A DNA stretch of 63,709 bases, filler included, from Licmophora abbreviata (Eukaryota), in assembly GCA_900291995.1 (NCBI GenBank). It is 13 parts of 13 records of this genome, joined end to end, with 100 filler letters (N's around TTAATTAATTAA, not from the genome) between each part and the next. Parts side by side here need not be neighbours in the genome. Positions count along the whole stretch, not along the records: positions 1 to 5,352 come from OLMU01005088.1; positions 5,453 to 10,718 come from OLMU01005089.1; positions 10,819 to 16,601 come from OLMU01005090.1; 10 more parts are not named here. One strand, given 5' to 3'. A model generated the notes under the pieces. It had not been told where the DNA came from. It ran no database searches and saw only the letters and a program-made list of their open reading frames with translations. Both the position numbers and the translations under genes were made by a program. Shown piece by piece: positions 1 through 11,289 of the stretch (position 1 is its first letter; each line of letters begins with the position of its first letter).

Positions 1-131
1 AGCAATGCACTTGAGATCGCAAAAGTGCCTGCAAAGTCTCTGCTTCGACCTGGTGAGCTTCAACCTCCACCATAAACTACCGGAGCTCAACAAGGACGCC
101 CCAGCACTTGTTTGTACAAGAACACACCTTA

Positions 132-1238
132 TCATACAGGCGTCATGAAGTATCCAAGAAGCTCGAAATCATTGGCATAAAACTCATTGATCTGTCGAAT
201 GGTCTCTGTGCTGAAATCGTCAAAGGTCATCTTCCGAACAGCTTGTCGTTGATTCCACAACGGCTTTTTCACTGGTGGCAATCGCACTGGCAGGTCGTAC
301 AGCCGCATCAAGGCGTCAAACTGCTCGTGCAAGTATTCGAATCTCAGCACGTGTGTCACCAGCATGTTCTGATCAGAATCATACACGTAATAATGCTGGG
401 GAAGCATGTGGCCCTTCATGATTTGCGCCGCCTCCCTTAGGTTGCGCTGTACCCAGTCATTAAAGACAGTCGGGTCGTCTCGGTCGTCCTCGTGGTAGCC
501 GAATGCGCTGCATCCATATTCACTTATGACTCGGTCGTACGGATTTCTCACCACCACAAAAGTGTCTTTGCCCAAGTATCGATTCGGTATTTGCCAATGG
601 GGTGCTGCGGTTTCATATGGATACAAGTTGTATATATATATATGTGTTTGGTGAGCGCCGTGTGGAGGAAAGCCGGGCAATAGTGAGCAGAGCACGCCAG
701 CACTTACGCATGTGCCATGGTTCCCCCATATACTTCAATGGTGGCATAACGGCCCGATTTTGAGACACCCTCATTTTCCAGTCGGGGTGGCGACATTTTT
801 GCCGTGGAATATCCCAATAGTGACATGCACCCCATTGTATGTTGGCTTGGACCGCAGCAGCCTCTTCAATGGCACTCCCACCCGTCTTGGTAATGTGAAT
901 CAGTTCTAGACTTGGCTTTGGGATTTTGGAAAGAATGCTCGCTGGGTCGGGCTCGAGTAAACTAACTGCGAAAAGCTTCCGTTGTCGTATGCGTGCAATT
1001 GGTTTTCGGAGAAAGAGAAAACTTCTGCCCTGTTGTTGTAAAGGTATGGAAACACATAACAGCACGAAAATGGCTCCTCCATGAGAAGCAAGAGGCCTGC
1101 TGCGACTCGAAATCTGGTCATTAGAATGCTGCTTGAGTAAAAGGAGAGAGGGGCTGCAGTCGTTCCAGGAAGGTCGTTGTCATGCCGTCGTGGTGAGTGA
1201 CGGCGATCGGCTTTTTCGCAATTTGGAAGGTCATTCAT
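132..1238 (-). CDS. Sulfotransferase family 2 (Golgi-type carbohydrate sulfotransferase), 2 exons, apparent 1-bp frameshift near 1080
   Basis: PAPS-binding motifs LIHITKTGGSAIE (ORF 613-1065) and VVVRNPYDRVISEY plus LPQHYY (ORF 132-695). GT-AG intron 707..605 joins WHM to PPHW in frame. Adding one G at 1079-1080 fuses ORF 906-1238 and gives a TM anchor VAAGLLLLMGGAIFVLLCVSI. Confidence 0.8.
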
Positions 1239-1445
1239 TCAGTCTTTCGTCTTTCCAGTCATCATGTCTGGGTCTGCTTTTTATCAAAACAGGGCCTATC
1301 TTTTATCTTTTAAATGATTCGATGTCGTCGACGACATTTTGGTAAGCGAGCTCCGAGTCACGAGCTTTCCCACTATTCAGGACTTTGAACCCGTGACCGA
1401 TGGACCACGACGACATCGACATTCAACGATTGATTGTCGTGGACC

Positions 1446-2414
1446 ATGGCAGCCCGTAAGTCTTGCACAAAGCTGACATGGGCGGAGGCCAAGGCCAGGG
1501 TTGGTAGTGACAGTGGCGTGTCCAAGAAAAAGGGAGAGAAACCGAAGAAATTGAATCATGTGGACAAAATAATTGCCAAGCAAACGGGTGCGATCGGCAA
1601 GGACGACGACAAGCGCCAGCGATCTCTGCGCAAACAAGCGCAGCGACAAGAAGAAAAGCTGACTGCCTTGGCTGAAAAGCGTGCTTTGGAGCGACAGAAG
1701 CAGTTGGAGCTTCCAGATGTGTATCCGTATGAGCAAGCCATGGCGCGAATGAATGAAGTGGCCGAGAAACTGGTGAATGCAGCGAGCATTGAGCCGAGAG
1801 CAGCGATGAGCAACGTCAATAATCGTGATCTAACAGATCTGCAGATAATTTCTCAAAGCAAAGAAATGCAACTGAGCGAAATCATGGCTCTGGAATCTAT
1901 CTTTGCCGAAACCAATGAATATATGATGTGTGAAGCGTCTCGCCTGGAGGAGCTTCGAACAAGAGTGGAGGAGTACCAATTAGATGAAGAAAACGAAGCC
2001 GTGCTACGATCGGTCGTCGACCACCCGCCCCTTTCGCTTGTGCTGCAGCTCACACTCAGCGATGAACGGCGTTTGGTCAGCAAAGACCTCGATTTAGTCG
2101 CCTCAATTTTGCTCCACGTCACTCTTCCGCCGACCTATCCGCTCGTGGCCTCGTCATCGCATGATCTTTTCGTTGATGTTTCCTACTTTTGTTGTACAGA
2201 TCGAGGCCAGCAAGTCAAAGCGGACAAGCCACTGGAAACCTTGGCACACTTGGAACAAGTCAAACTGGTAGAAGATCTACAGAAGCAGTGCGAAGAGATG
2301 TTACCTGATCTTTGTATTTATGAAGTCTGCGTCACGTGGCTGTCAGAACATATCTTTGAGTACATGACTTTGACTCCTACGTGCGAACTTCTTTTACCAG
2401 GCCAAAGGATTTGA
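1446..2414 (+). CDS. RWD-domain-containing protein with basic coiled-coil N-terminus
   Basis: Single ORF with QLSEIMALESIF, LHVTLPPTYP and C-terminal IYEVCVTWLSEH, typical of RWD domains. First ATG at 1446. Confidence 0.65.
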   Translation: MAARKSCTKLTWAEAKARVGSDSGVSKKKGEKPKKLNHVDKIIAKQTGAIGKDDDKRQRSLRKQAQRQEEKLTALAEKRALERQKQLELPDVYPYEQAMARMNEVAEKLVNAASIEPRAAMSNVNNRDLTDLQIISQSKEMQLSEIMALESIFAETNEYMMCEASRLEELRTRVEEYQLDEENEAVLRSVVDHPPLSLVLQLTLSDERRLVSKDLDLVASILLHVTLPPTYPLVASSSHDLFVDVSYFCCTDRGQQVKADKPLETLAHLEQVKLVEDLQKQCEEMLPDLCIYEVCVTWLSEHIFEYMTLTPTCELLLPGQRI

Positions 2415-2885
2415 GCTCCTTTGTGAAGCTTGTCCAAGCCTTCTGCAATCATGGTAGGGTACGAAACGCCACAAGGATCGTGCTGGTGCGAATGATGCGT
2501 ACCAGTTAGGCATAATGGCATCTGATTGTACGAGCACGAATTTGGTTGAGGGAAAATATTAGCTAGCGTGTCCGCTATAGAGAGCGAATGTTGACATCCT
2601 TGTAATCAAACCTATTCTGCCGGTACCACACCTGGGCGCTTGGCATTCATTCCGGGTCATGACATGACAGATTCGGTACGAGCTCCATACTCATCACGAG
2701 TTCTTCCATCAGGTTTGGACACTTTTTTTCTTTTTTCAAAACTTATGATAAGAGTTTTGAGACGGCAAGCGACCTTGACAATGGCAAAGAGCATGCCGCG
2801 GCGCCAGGGGAATCTGTCCTAGTCTTTTGCTTCTTTGTTCTCTGCTTGTTAGTGTTAGAATTCTCAGTATTTTGCTCACGGAAAG

Positions 2886-5800
2886 ATGACTACGGAGAAC
2901 GATGAAACCTCGAAGCACGACCAGCCTGCGCGCTCCGGAGTCGCCGACTACTTCGCGACGTTGGGAGTCGGAGAGACGCTGGTCTGGAAGCACACGCAGA
3001 AGACGAGTGAGATCGACACTGCGACTCTTGACGAAGATGAGGCAGCTCTATTGGAACGTTTCTATCGAGAAATCGTGGAGCTCACGATCGTTTGTCCTCA
3101 ACATCATGAACAAGACGACCCACTGCATCAGGAGGTGAACAAGGCACTTTCTTCGCCGTCGCCTTCGGAACTCGATGCGCATGGCTTGACAACAGTCTAT
3201 CTGACCTGCCCCGCATCGAAGTCTACTCAGGACCATTCCACTTGGTCTAAATCGCAAGTCTTCGAGGCTAACTTGAATCCTGTCCATGGACTGCGTGCTG
3301 AATTTGCGTCCCATGGTGGAAATTACAATCGACACGATGCATCTGCTACTGCTCCTGTCGGAAGGTCGACTCCCCTTAAAGGTCTCAAACAGAAATTTCG
3401 GAATCAAATCATTGTTCCCATGCTCAAGCGCCGTTCTGTACGTGAGGCAGCGTCATTTTATGCTGCATTTCGGCGGCGTGGACCGGACGAAGTCAACAAG
3501 CCCGGTATTGCCGATGTATCGTTGCGCTATGTACGGATCCACAAGAGTACTGTGGCAGCCACAACTTCTAAGGAAACATCCGCTACTAAATTACAACGTG
3601 GATTGGCGAAGAATGTTGCTCGAGTAGCCGAAGCCGGAAAACAAACAATCATGGAAAGCTACCGAAGTGCAAGCACTCCTCCGCCGCCAGACACTGCTCC
3701 CACACATTACTCTGCTTACTTGGAAGAAATGATTATGCTGCCAGATGGCTTCGACGAGTGGTGTATACCAGAAGACTACAAGGTGTTGCGGTTTGGCAGG
3801 CGCAGCAGCAGTAGAAATGTCCATGGTCACGTACGACTGCGCAGTACGATTTTGTTTCCGCATGAGAACACATCCCAGTCAAGTGAAGGGGTCGAGGCCT
3901 ACATGGAAAGCGGCTCCTTTCAAAGTGCACCATCGTCTCCACTGGGAAGGCGAAGCTGGGCTTCATCGTCGAATATTGGGGAAGAGGAAAATGGTACGCC
4001 TGCGTCCTCTCCAGCTGGAACTCCACATGACGTTGATGCTGAAGTAGTATTTCCAAAGCTTTTGCCCGAACTTCTTCCCAGTTTGCCAGTCATGAGGGAC
4101 GATGATGATTACTTGTATGTGCCTGTCCTTGCGACTCGTCGACAGAGAGTGGGAGATGAGGAGAGGTTTCACGAAGATCCTGCCCTAGTCGAGATAGCAG
4201 TGACGTTTCGGGATGGCGCGGGGGAAGCGGTTCTCCCGTCCGACGAGGAGGACCTCGACGCGGAAGAAGATGACGGCGCGTTTAGCCTTGTGGGCAAAAC
4301 CAAATGGTGTGAAGCGGCTGCGGGCGGAGCGAGGTATGCGCAAGCAGTTGGTACAGCTGCAGTCTTGGTCAAACGGAATGTACCAGTTGGTTTTGCCGAC
4401 GCTGCGTTTGCCGCTCGAGTCCTCGATCGTTTCCCAGCGAAGAATTACAAAGAATTTCCGTTACCAGAAGAAGAACTTCCAATGTTTTGCTATCCTACCG
4501 GGTGCCGCTTGCATCGGGCGCAGTTTAGTGATGTACCATTGCCACAGTACTACGGCTTCGTGGTAAAGAACGAGCGGGGTGACAGCATTTATGGTACGTC
4601 TTGTATCTGTAGGTCTCAAGGCTCATCAGAAGGTCTTCCATTGCTCATTTGCACTGTTGTGTTCTTAAGTCTCCTGTGTATCTTTCATGGAGCCTCTCAC
4701 TTCTGCAAAGAAGGAGCAACTGAGGAAAATGTCGGACTATCGGCAACGTGCCTCGATTCCCAATCGACGATACTGCGAACGAGTCAGGGCCCCCCTTTCG
4801 CCGCGGAGACGGAAGGGTCAAGACAGGGGGGCGAATGGTTCGATCATGTCGGACCTTCGCAGTGATAGCGATGTCATTGAAAATGGCTTGTCAGAAGTTT
4901 CCAGTGAAGCAGACGAAGGCATGCAACTGACTGCTTTCGATGACATGACAACATTCGAGAACAAAACGATATGTTTGGTCAGTCGATACCCGTTCTGGAC
5001 AGCCTTTCGGCGCTTTCTTTCTCATTTGCATCTTATCTCTGGATCGCCGTCGGAGTTTCCGCTTGAAAGATTCATTTCCCATTTGCTGCTAACAGTTCCT
5101 GTCCCCCGGGCCGGTGGTCCGCATGTTCTTGTCCCACTCACGGCGTTGAATGGACCAATGACACTAGAAATGCCTCCCACCAAGGACTTTCCTCTAGTGG
5201 ATCTCCCATTTCAGCGTGTCTTTGCGTGTCTGGATGTTCCTACGATCGTCACGGTCGTCCTTGGGTTTCTCGTGCTAGAACGAAAGGTGGGTTTGATTTG
5301 CTGGACACACTTTGCTTTAAGTGCTTAAGCAACTATCCGTTCTTACTTCATGNNNNNNNNNNNNNNNNNNNNNNNNNNNNNNNNNNNNNNNNNNNNTTAA
5401 TTAATTAANNNNNNNNNNNNNNNNNNNNNNNNNNNNNNNNNNNNNNNNNNNNCTCCCTTTTCAGCGTGTCTTTGCGTGTCTGGATGTTCCTACGATCGTC
5501 ACGGTCGTTCTTGGGTTTCTCGTGCTAGAACGAAAGGTGGGTTTGATTTTGTTGGAGACAAAATTTGCTTGACACACTTTGCTTTAAGTGCTTAAGCAAC
5601 TGTCCGTTCTTACTTCATGTTCATTCGCGCTTTCTCGCAGATAATCATCATGTCGTCCCGTCCATCACTGGTGCTTGATGCCTGCGAACTGTTGAAATCG
5701 CTTCTGTTTCCGTTTGATCTTTGCGCACCGTACGTGCCTCGTTTGACGGAGCCGTTTATGTCCTGTCTAGAATTTCCTGGAGCGATTTTTGTCGGGATTC

Positions 5801-8800
5801 ACGATGATGGAACTACTGATGGCTTGGCATCCATGGTCCGAGACGCCCCTCCCGAGGACAGTGCCATTGTGGACCTTGACACTGGAGAAATAGATTGTAG
5901 CGGCGACAGGTGAGAACCCATCAAGTTTTTCGAAAGAGGAGTACGAACGTGACTGTACACTTCTCACTTATTTTTTTCCGGTTTCCTATTATCCGCTCAG
6001 ATATGAAGTACTCAAGCAATGCTGGGGGATCATTCCCTCCGGGCCTCGATCGATGCTTGTATCAGAAATTGAAACTCTCTGTCGTGATGCAGGTATCGTG
6101 CCTGGTCAAGAGCCTCTTGATTCTCAAGTCGACCCTGCTTTCGCTGCGCCTATTCCTCCCGTATTTATTGACGGGGTCGATACTCCTGGGCCCGTTGTGC
6201 ATGAACCTTTGGATGACCGAGCCATTCGAGATGCATTCCTGCGCTTCTTTTGTGCCGTACTGGGTGGGTACGAACGCTATTTGGTAGTCCCTGATGCAGA
6301 CTTCTTGATAAGTGGCAATGAGTGGTTTGATGCGCAAGGGTTCTTGGCATCAGCGCCTCAGGACAAGGCTCCTTTCCTTGGATCGTTGGTTACGACGCAG
6401 CTCTTCCAGTCTTTCATTCAGCGCAGAACGGAAGCCAGTGACGTCCATTGCCTCCTCTTTGACGAATGCCTCATTGAATATCACTCCTCTCCAGTACCGT
6501 ATGGGCGTCTAGGTGGCGACGTTGAAGATGTCGCGGCAGACGGGGCGCCACCGCAGATGCTCTACAGCTTGCTTGTCGATCAATGTTGTGCCTATCCGTC
6601 ACATGCTGGAGAGCCACGAATCAGCGATAAAAGTGTACTTCACGAAGAACCACAACCGGATGGGTCCGGTTTGGACTTGCAACTTTCGCCAAGCCGCTCT
6701 GTCCCAAAGAGCACTATTTCGGCTGATTCATCGGTAGCAAGTTTGCTAAAGTACCAAGGGAGTGACATTATCACTGAGCCTTCTAGACTGAATCTTCCAC
6801 CAGACGTTCGGTTTGTGTATTTTGTCGACGGCAATCCTTGTTTTCCGCACCGACTAAACCCTGATCTGTTCTTCCCAGCAGAGCCAAGCGTGTCGATGCT
6901 GGTCGAAATTTCGGAAACGCCGCTCCCACTCTTAGCGCGAACCGAGAGAGAGCTTGAAGAAGCGCAGCGGCGTAGAAAATCTGCCATCTCCACGAGAGGG
7001 CTGCAGAATCAGCGACGTTGCCTGTGGCAGCTCCCAAAATTAATGGTAAGACTTGGATGCCTCTCTGTGCCTTTGCCTCCTGTTGGTTACATTTACTGAG
7101 ATCAATCGGTTGTCGTTGACTCCTCGACGAGCAGGGCTCGCATTTCTTAGGCGCATGGATGATCTGCGTTCCGTCACAGGTCTCGCAAACAAACTTGTCT
7201 CAAGAGCAACAGTCAAAATACTTGTTGCGAGCTCTGGGGGCACTGCGCACTCTCCGCAACAAGCAGCGCATTGTCCCAGATGAAGCTACCTACCGCTCTC
7301 TAATCGTGGCTTGCGGCCGTATCGCGAGCGACCGAAGAATTGAGCTTGTGAAGCTTTTTGGGCTGCTTCGTGTGGATGGCATCTTCCCTTCAGCAGTCAC
7401 GCTCGGTCAGTACACGCGCGCCTTGGCGGAGGGATACTCGAAGAGGTCTACCGGTACTGGAATGGGAGAAGAGGAACACGGTAGTTTCGGTGGTATCGAG
7501 GTAACCGCTACAGGGACTTCCGAGGGTGATCTCCCTATCGAACGAGAAGGTGTTGCGAATGCTTTTGACGGCAGTCTCTCTACACTTGAGGATTCCGGTC
7601 GGCGGTGGCGCCAACGTCACCCTCCCCGCCACGCTGCCTCTTCATACAAAATCAAGGCCCCGTCGAGTGATGAACACTTGAAGAAACCTCCTGTCAGGTC
7701 GTGGATCCCGGTTCTCATGTCGTCGTCGTTCTTGCCCCCCGGGCATGGACCTCGGACGAAAAAATCGATCGAACCCATGCTCCAAGACATGCAGTTTGTT
7801 GCGCTTTGGTCGAGGACGAGCTCCTGTGATAGTTGCTCTTACCTTCCCTTAGACGAGGAAGTGCAGAGTGGGTGGGATGTTGGGAATGAGCGGGAAGGCT
7901 CAATCAGCTGTCCTCGGTGTGGTTCTTCCCTCGTGCCTATGCTCGGCTTTGCTGAGCCTAACATGGCCGACGCGCTGGAGAATCGTGAGTCGCTTCGCGA
8001 AGAATCATCGTTGCCTCCGCAACTTGAGTCTGGCTTGGCTTTTAGTGAATCATCATCTCTCAGCGAGAGCTCTCTCACAAATGCCAGGTCTGGGTTTGTT
8101 ATCTACCTCAGCCCCGAGGCTCTACGCATCGCGCTTGAAGCATACGTCGAAACCGAGGGAGAAGTTGGCCTTGCAAGAGACACGCTTCGAGAACAGGACC
8201 CAGTGGTTTTCTTCAACCTTTGGTGGTATTGTGCACGATTCTCTTTACCGTTGCCTCTCCCGGTTTCTTCGGGGTCAAATGCTGATACGAATGAGACGTC
8301 TCCACGGCATGCTTGTGCGTTTGCAGCATGGGATCGGAGTGTTGCGTTCCAAGGGTGCTACCAAAGCGCCATGGCTCTGGTTCCACATGTCCCCTCGTCC
8401 AGGATTGACACCGGTCATTCTAGGGAAAACGTGGGATCCTTCCCCCTCCTCCCTGCTCTATCTCGCTTCAGTGTTCAATCGTTCTCTCAAGTAGACTGGG
8501 ACCATGCTGATCTATCTGAGATACTAGTGGCACTCGTCGATGCCTCTGACAAACGGGACTTCAAGCCAGTGGTTGAATGTGTCCTCCGATGCAATCAGAG
8601 GCGCGTCCAAGAGCTCAAAGGTGCAGCAGTGAATGATTCCATGACGGAAGGAGCGTTGTCTGACCTATCGAACAGTAAGGCCGTTGACGAACTCGACTGC
8701 TATCGGACCATCTTGTATTTGGCAAAGTACCAGTGTACCAGTGTATTTCACGTTTTCTTTCCTGCGTCGGCGAAACCTTGCAAAGGGTATCATTTCTGGT

Positions 8801-8949
8801 GCGCCACGGGCACTCCGTTGCCGGTGTTTGACCATTTGTTTCGTGATGCGGCCAAGAGGATCCGGACTCGGGAACGCCCGTTCACGCCTTTGCACGACGT
8901 ATCCGATGTTGCTCTCGGCTTCCGTTCCGTCTTTGGTCACATCATATAG
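2886..8949 (+). CDS. DENN-domain Rab GEF, DENND4/Crag-like, multi-exon, spans the linker at 5353-5452
   Basis: uDENN (VLDRFP..LPMFCYP), DENN (KTICLVSRYPF, LERKIII, LLFPF..YVP) and dDENN (AFLRFF, TQLFQSFI). PPR-like repeats PDEATYRSLIVACG and GIFPSAVTLGQY. CxxC pair and FFNLWWY near the C-terminus. GT-AG introns, e.g. 4594-4669. Confidence 0.85.
5353..5452. other. Artificial scaffold linker N44-TTAATTAATTAA-N44. Twelve copies start at 5353, 10719, 16602, 19613, 33878, 43384, 46757, 49969, 54987, 57498, 58750 and 61961.
   Basis: Identical 100-bp N-padded spacer carrying stop codons in all six frames. Confidence 0.97.
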
Positions 8950-9016
8950 AAGGCATCGTGCTCGGGTGGCGATTGCTCGTTCATACGTACGCCGTTTGCA
9001 TAGCATCGTCATTTTA

Positions 9017-10592
9017 TTAAAAACTAGCTCCGTTCGCCGCGGCTTGTTGACGCCTTCGCATCATTCGACGGCCCATGTAGCTGCTAACAAGGAAAATTAC
9101 AATCATTGCTCCCACAACGATCAAGAGCCATGCCCACCACTTAATGCTGTCTACAGACTGCATCATGTCTTCTTCCTGGGCGGTTATATTTTGAGCGCTC
9201 AAGGGAGCAATGCCCTGCGCCATGATACCAAACAATCCCCATGTGCTGTCTACTACTTGCTGTTGGGAGACGCGAAAATATCCATCTTCTCCCCAGCCTA
9301 TCACAATGAATTGAGGGTACAGTAAGTGTGATGATGAGTAGGAAAGCGCGTGTTCGGGAGACCACCTGTTGTGGCTTTCTCCATATGCCAACAAATGAGT
9401 TCGAAGACGCACCTGTGCCCCACGAGTTCTTCACGATCCAATAGGGCGGATCGGATGCGTCATCGTATCCCACAAGTAACACGGCATGGTCAATGCAGTC
9501 CACAGTTGTACAAGCACAGTCGCCATCATCGGTAAGAATACCAGACCCATAGTTGGACAGGGTTTTGCAACCCGCTTTCATCACGATACTAATAGGCAGC
9601 TGTGCGAGCCTGACCTTCATGCGGTTGACGCGATCCGCAAAGGTCAAATCCTCCTGCTGATATGTCACTACGAGTTCTGCTCCATCCGAAATGACCGACA
9701 GCGGCGTATTGGGTCCCAGGTTACACTGTTCTGTCGTGGAACCTCGTTCATCCGAGAACGGATAATCGTTGAGAATTGACATTCCACCAAATCGATTTTC
9801 CAGAGCGTACACCATTGCAGCAATGATATTGCCCCCATCGCAGCCATTGTTGAAATCATTGCATGAGATGAGCTGTTGGAACGACTGACTCTGAAGATAC
9901 GAAAAGTCGGAATCAATAGCCGCAGCGCCCTCGAGAGATCCACAGAGAGATACTGCCCAACAGCATCCACAGCGTCCCTGATCCTTGACGGATGTCACCG
10001 CCCCGCCCTCGACCCAATTCACAGAGTTGGGAATGGCTTGGATATTTACTTCTGCTGTAGGAAATATACCCTCCGTACTCGGATCGAACTTGTATCCCGT
10101 ACGCTGCATGAGCTCTTCGTCTGTATCGGCAGAAAGCGCATTGATCTTCATAAAATAGGAAGGCCGCAGCGCCGCCGCGTTGTGCCTGGACACAAATCGC
10201 GCCGCGTCTACCAGCAGTGCTAGACGCTCCGCTCGCGTCAACCGAGTCGAAAAGAGAGGCTGGTAGTGCTGCAGCCATGCGCTGTAGTCTACATCCTCAA
10301 TGCTGATACACACCGCGCGGTTGCTAAAGGGTCGAACGCGAAAGAGGTCTATGTAGCCATCCAAACATTGATCGCAAGTTTCTTCCATGTCAATGACTGC
10401 GCATGTCTGGTTGGAAGTGGTGCAGTCCTCAATGAGGGTCTCATTTTGACAAGCGTCTTGAAGGCGTCGTGGCTCACGGGGAAGGGCGTCGGTTCTGGAG
10501 AGGAGGAACCAGAACGCTGTGCTGAAGAGGAGATTCATCGTCACTAGCATCATGAATGCGAGCCTAGACCTTCTACAGTAACATGAGAACAT
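9017..10592 (-). CDS. Papain-family (C1A) cysteine protease with signal peptide, propeptide and C-terminal TM helix. Start is probably ATG 10553.
   Basis: QGRCGCCWAVS (catalytic Cys), DHAVLLVGY (His) and WIVKNSWG (Asn). An intron precedes WGEDGYFRV. Exon 2 encodes TM WWAWLLIVVGAMIVIFLVSSYM followed by basic residues. Confidence 0.9.
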
Positions 10593-11289
10593 ACCGGTGG
10601 AACATCATGTGTCATGTGTGCCATGTGACATGTGAGACTTCGAGACGTCCGAAATTTGAAATTCGAAATTCGAAATTCAGTTCCAAAACAGGGATTTCCG
10701 GGTTATCATATCATTTTCNNNNNNNNNNNNNNNNNNNNNNNNNNNNNNNNNNNNNNNNNNNNTTAATTAATTAANNNNNNNNNNNNNNNNNNNNNNNNNN
10801 NNNNNNNNNNNNNNNNNNATCAAGATTCCGTCTTCAGGGCTCGTGCGTATATTTTTACTAACAGTGTTTGGTTGAGAAAGGAATTCAGAAATTGAGTGTC
10901 AGGCATCCTGCATTACCAGTCGCACACACGCGTAGGCGTGCGTGGCATGTTGCAGCTCATCTTTTTCTCGCTTTGCGTTTTGTCGAGAGAGCAGGTGTAT
11001 TTTGTTGTAATTACATCATCAAGAGGTGTCGTTGATGCTTGTTGTTGTCACTCCAGAGAGTCCAATCACTGGCGCCAGCACAGACTAAAGTAGGGGGGAA
11101 GCGAAAGACCACAAGAAAAGTGAGAGTCAAGGAGAACACGACTTACAATCACTGAAGTTTGATTTCCCCAAACTATATTTGGAGTCCGTGTATTGCCTAG
11201 CTACACGAGCAGTAGGGCAGCAATCCATCGTCGCTTTACTTCTCAAGGGCCTGCTTCCCTATTTTAGTACACAATCTATAACACTCAAA

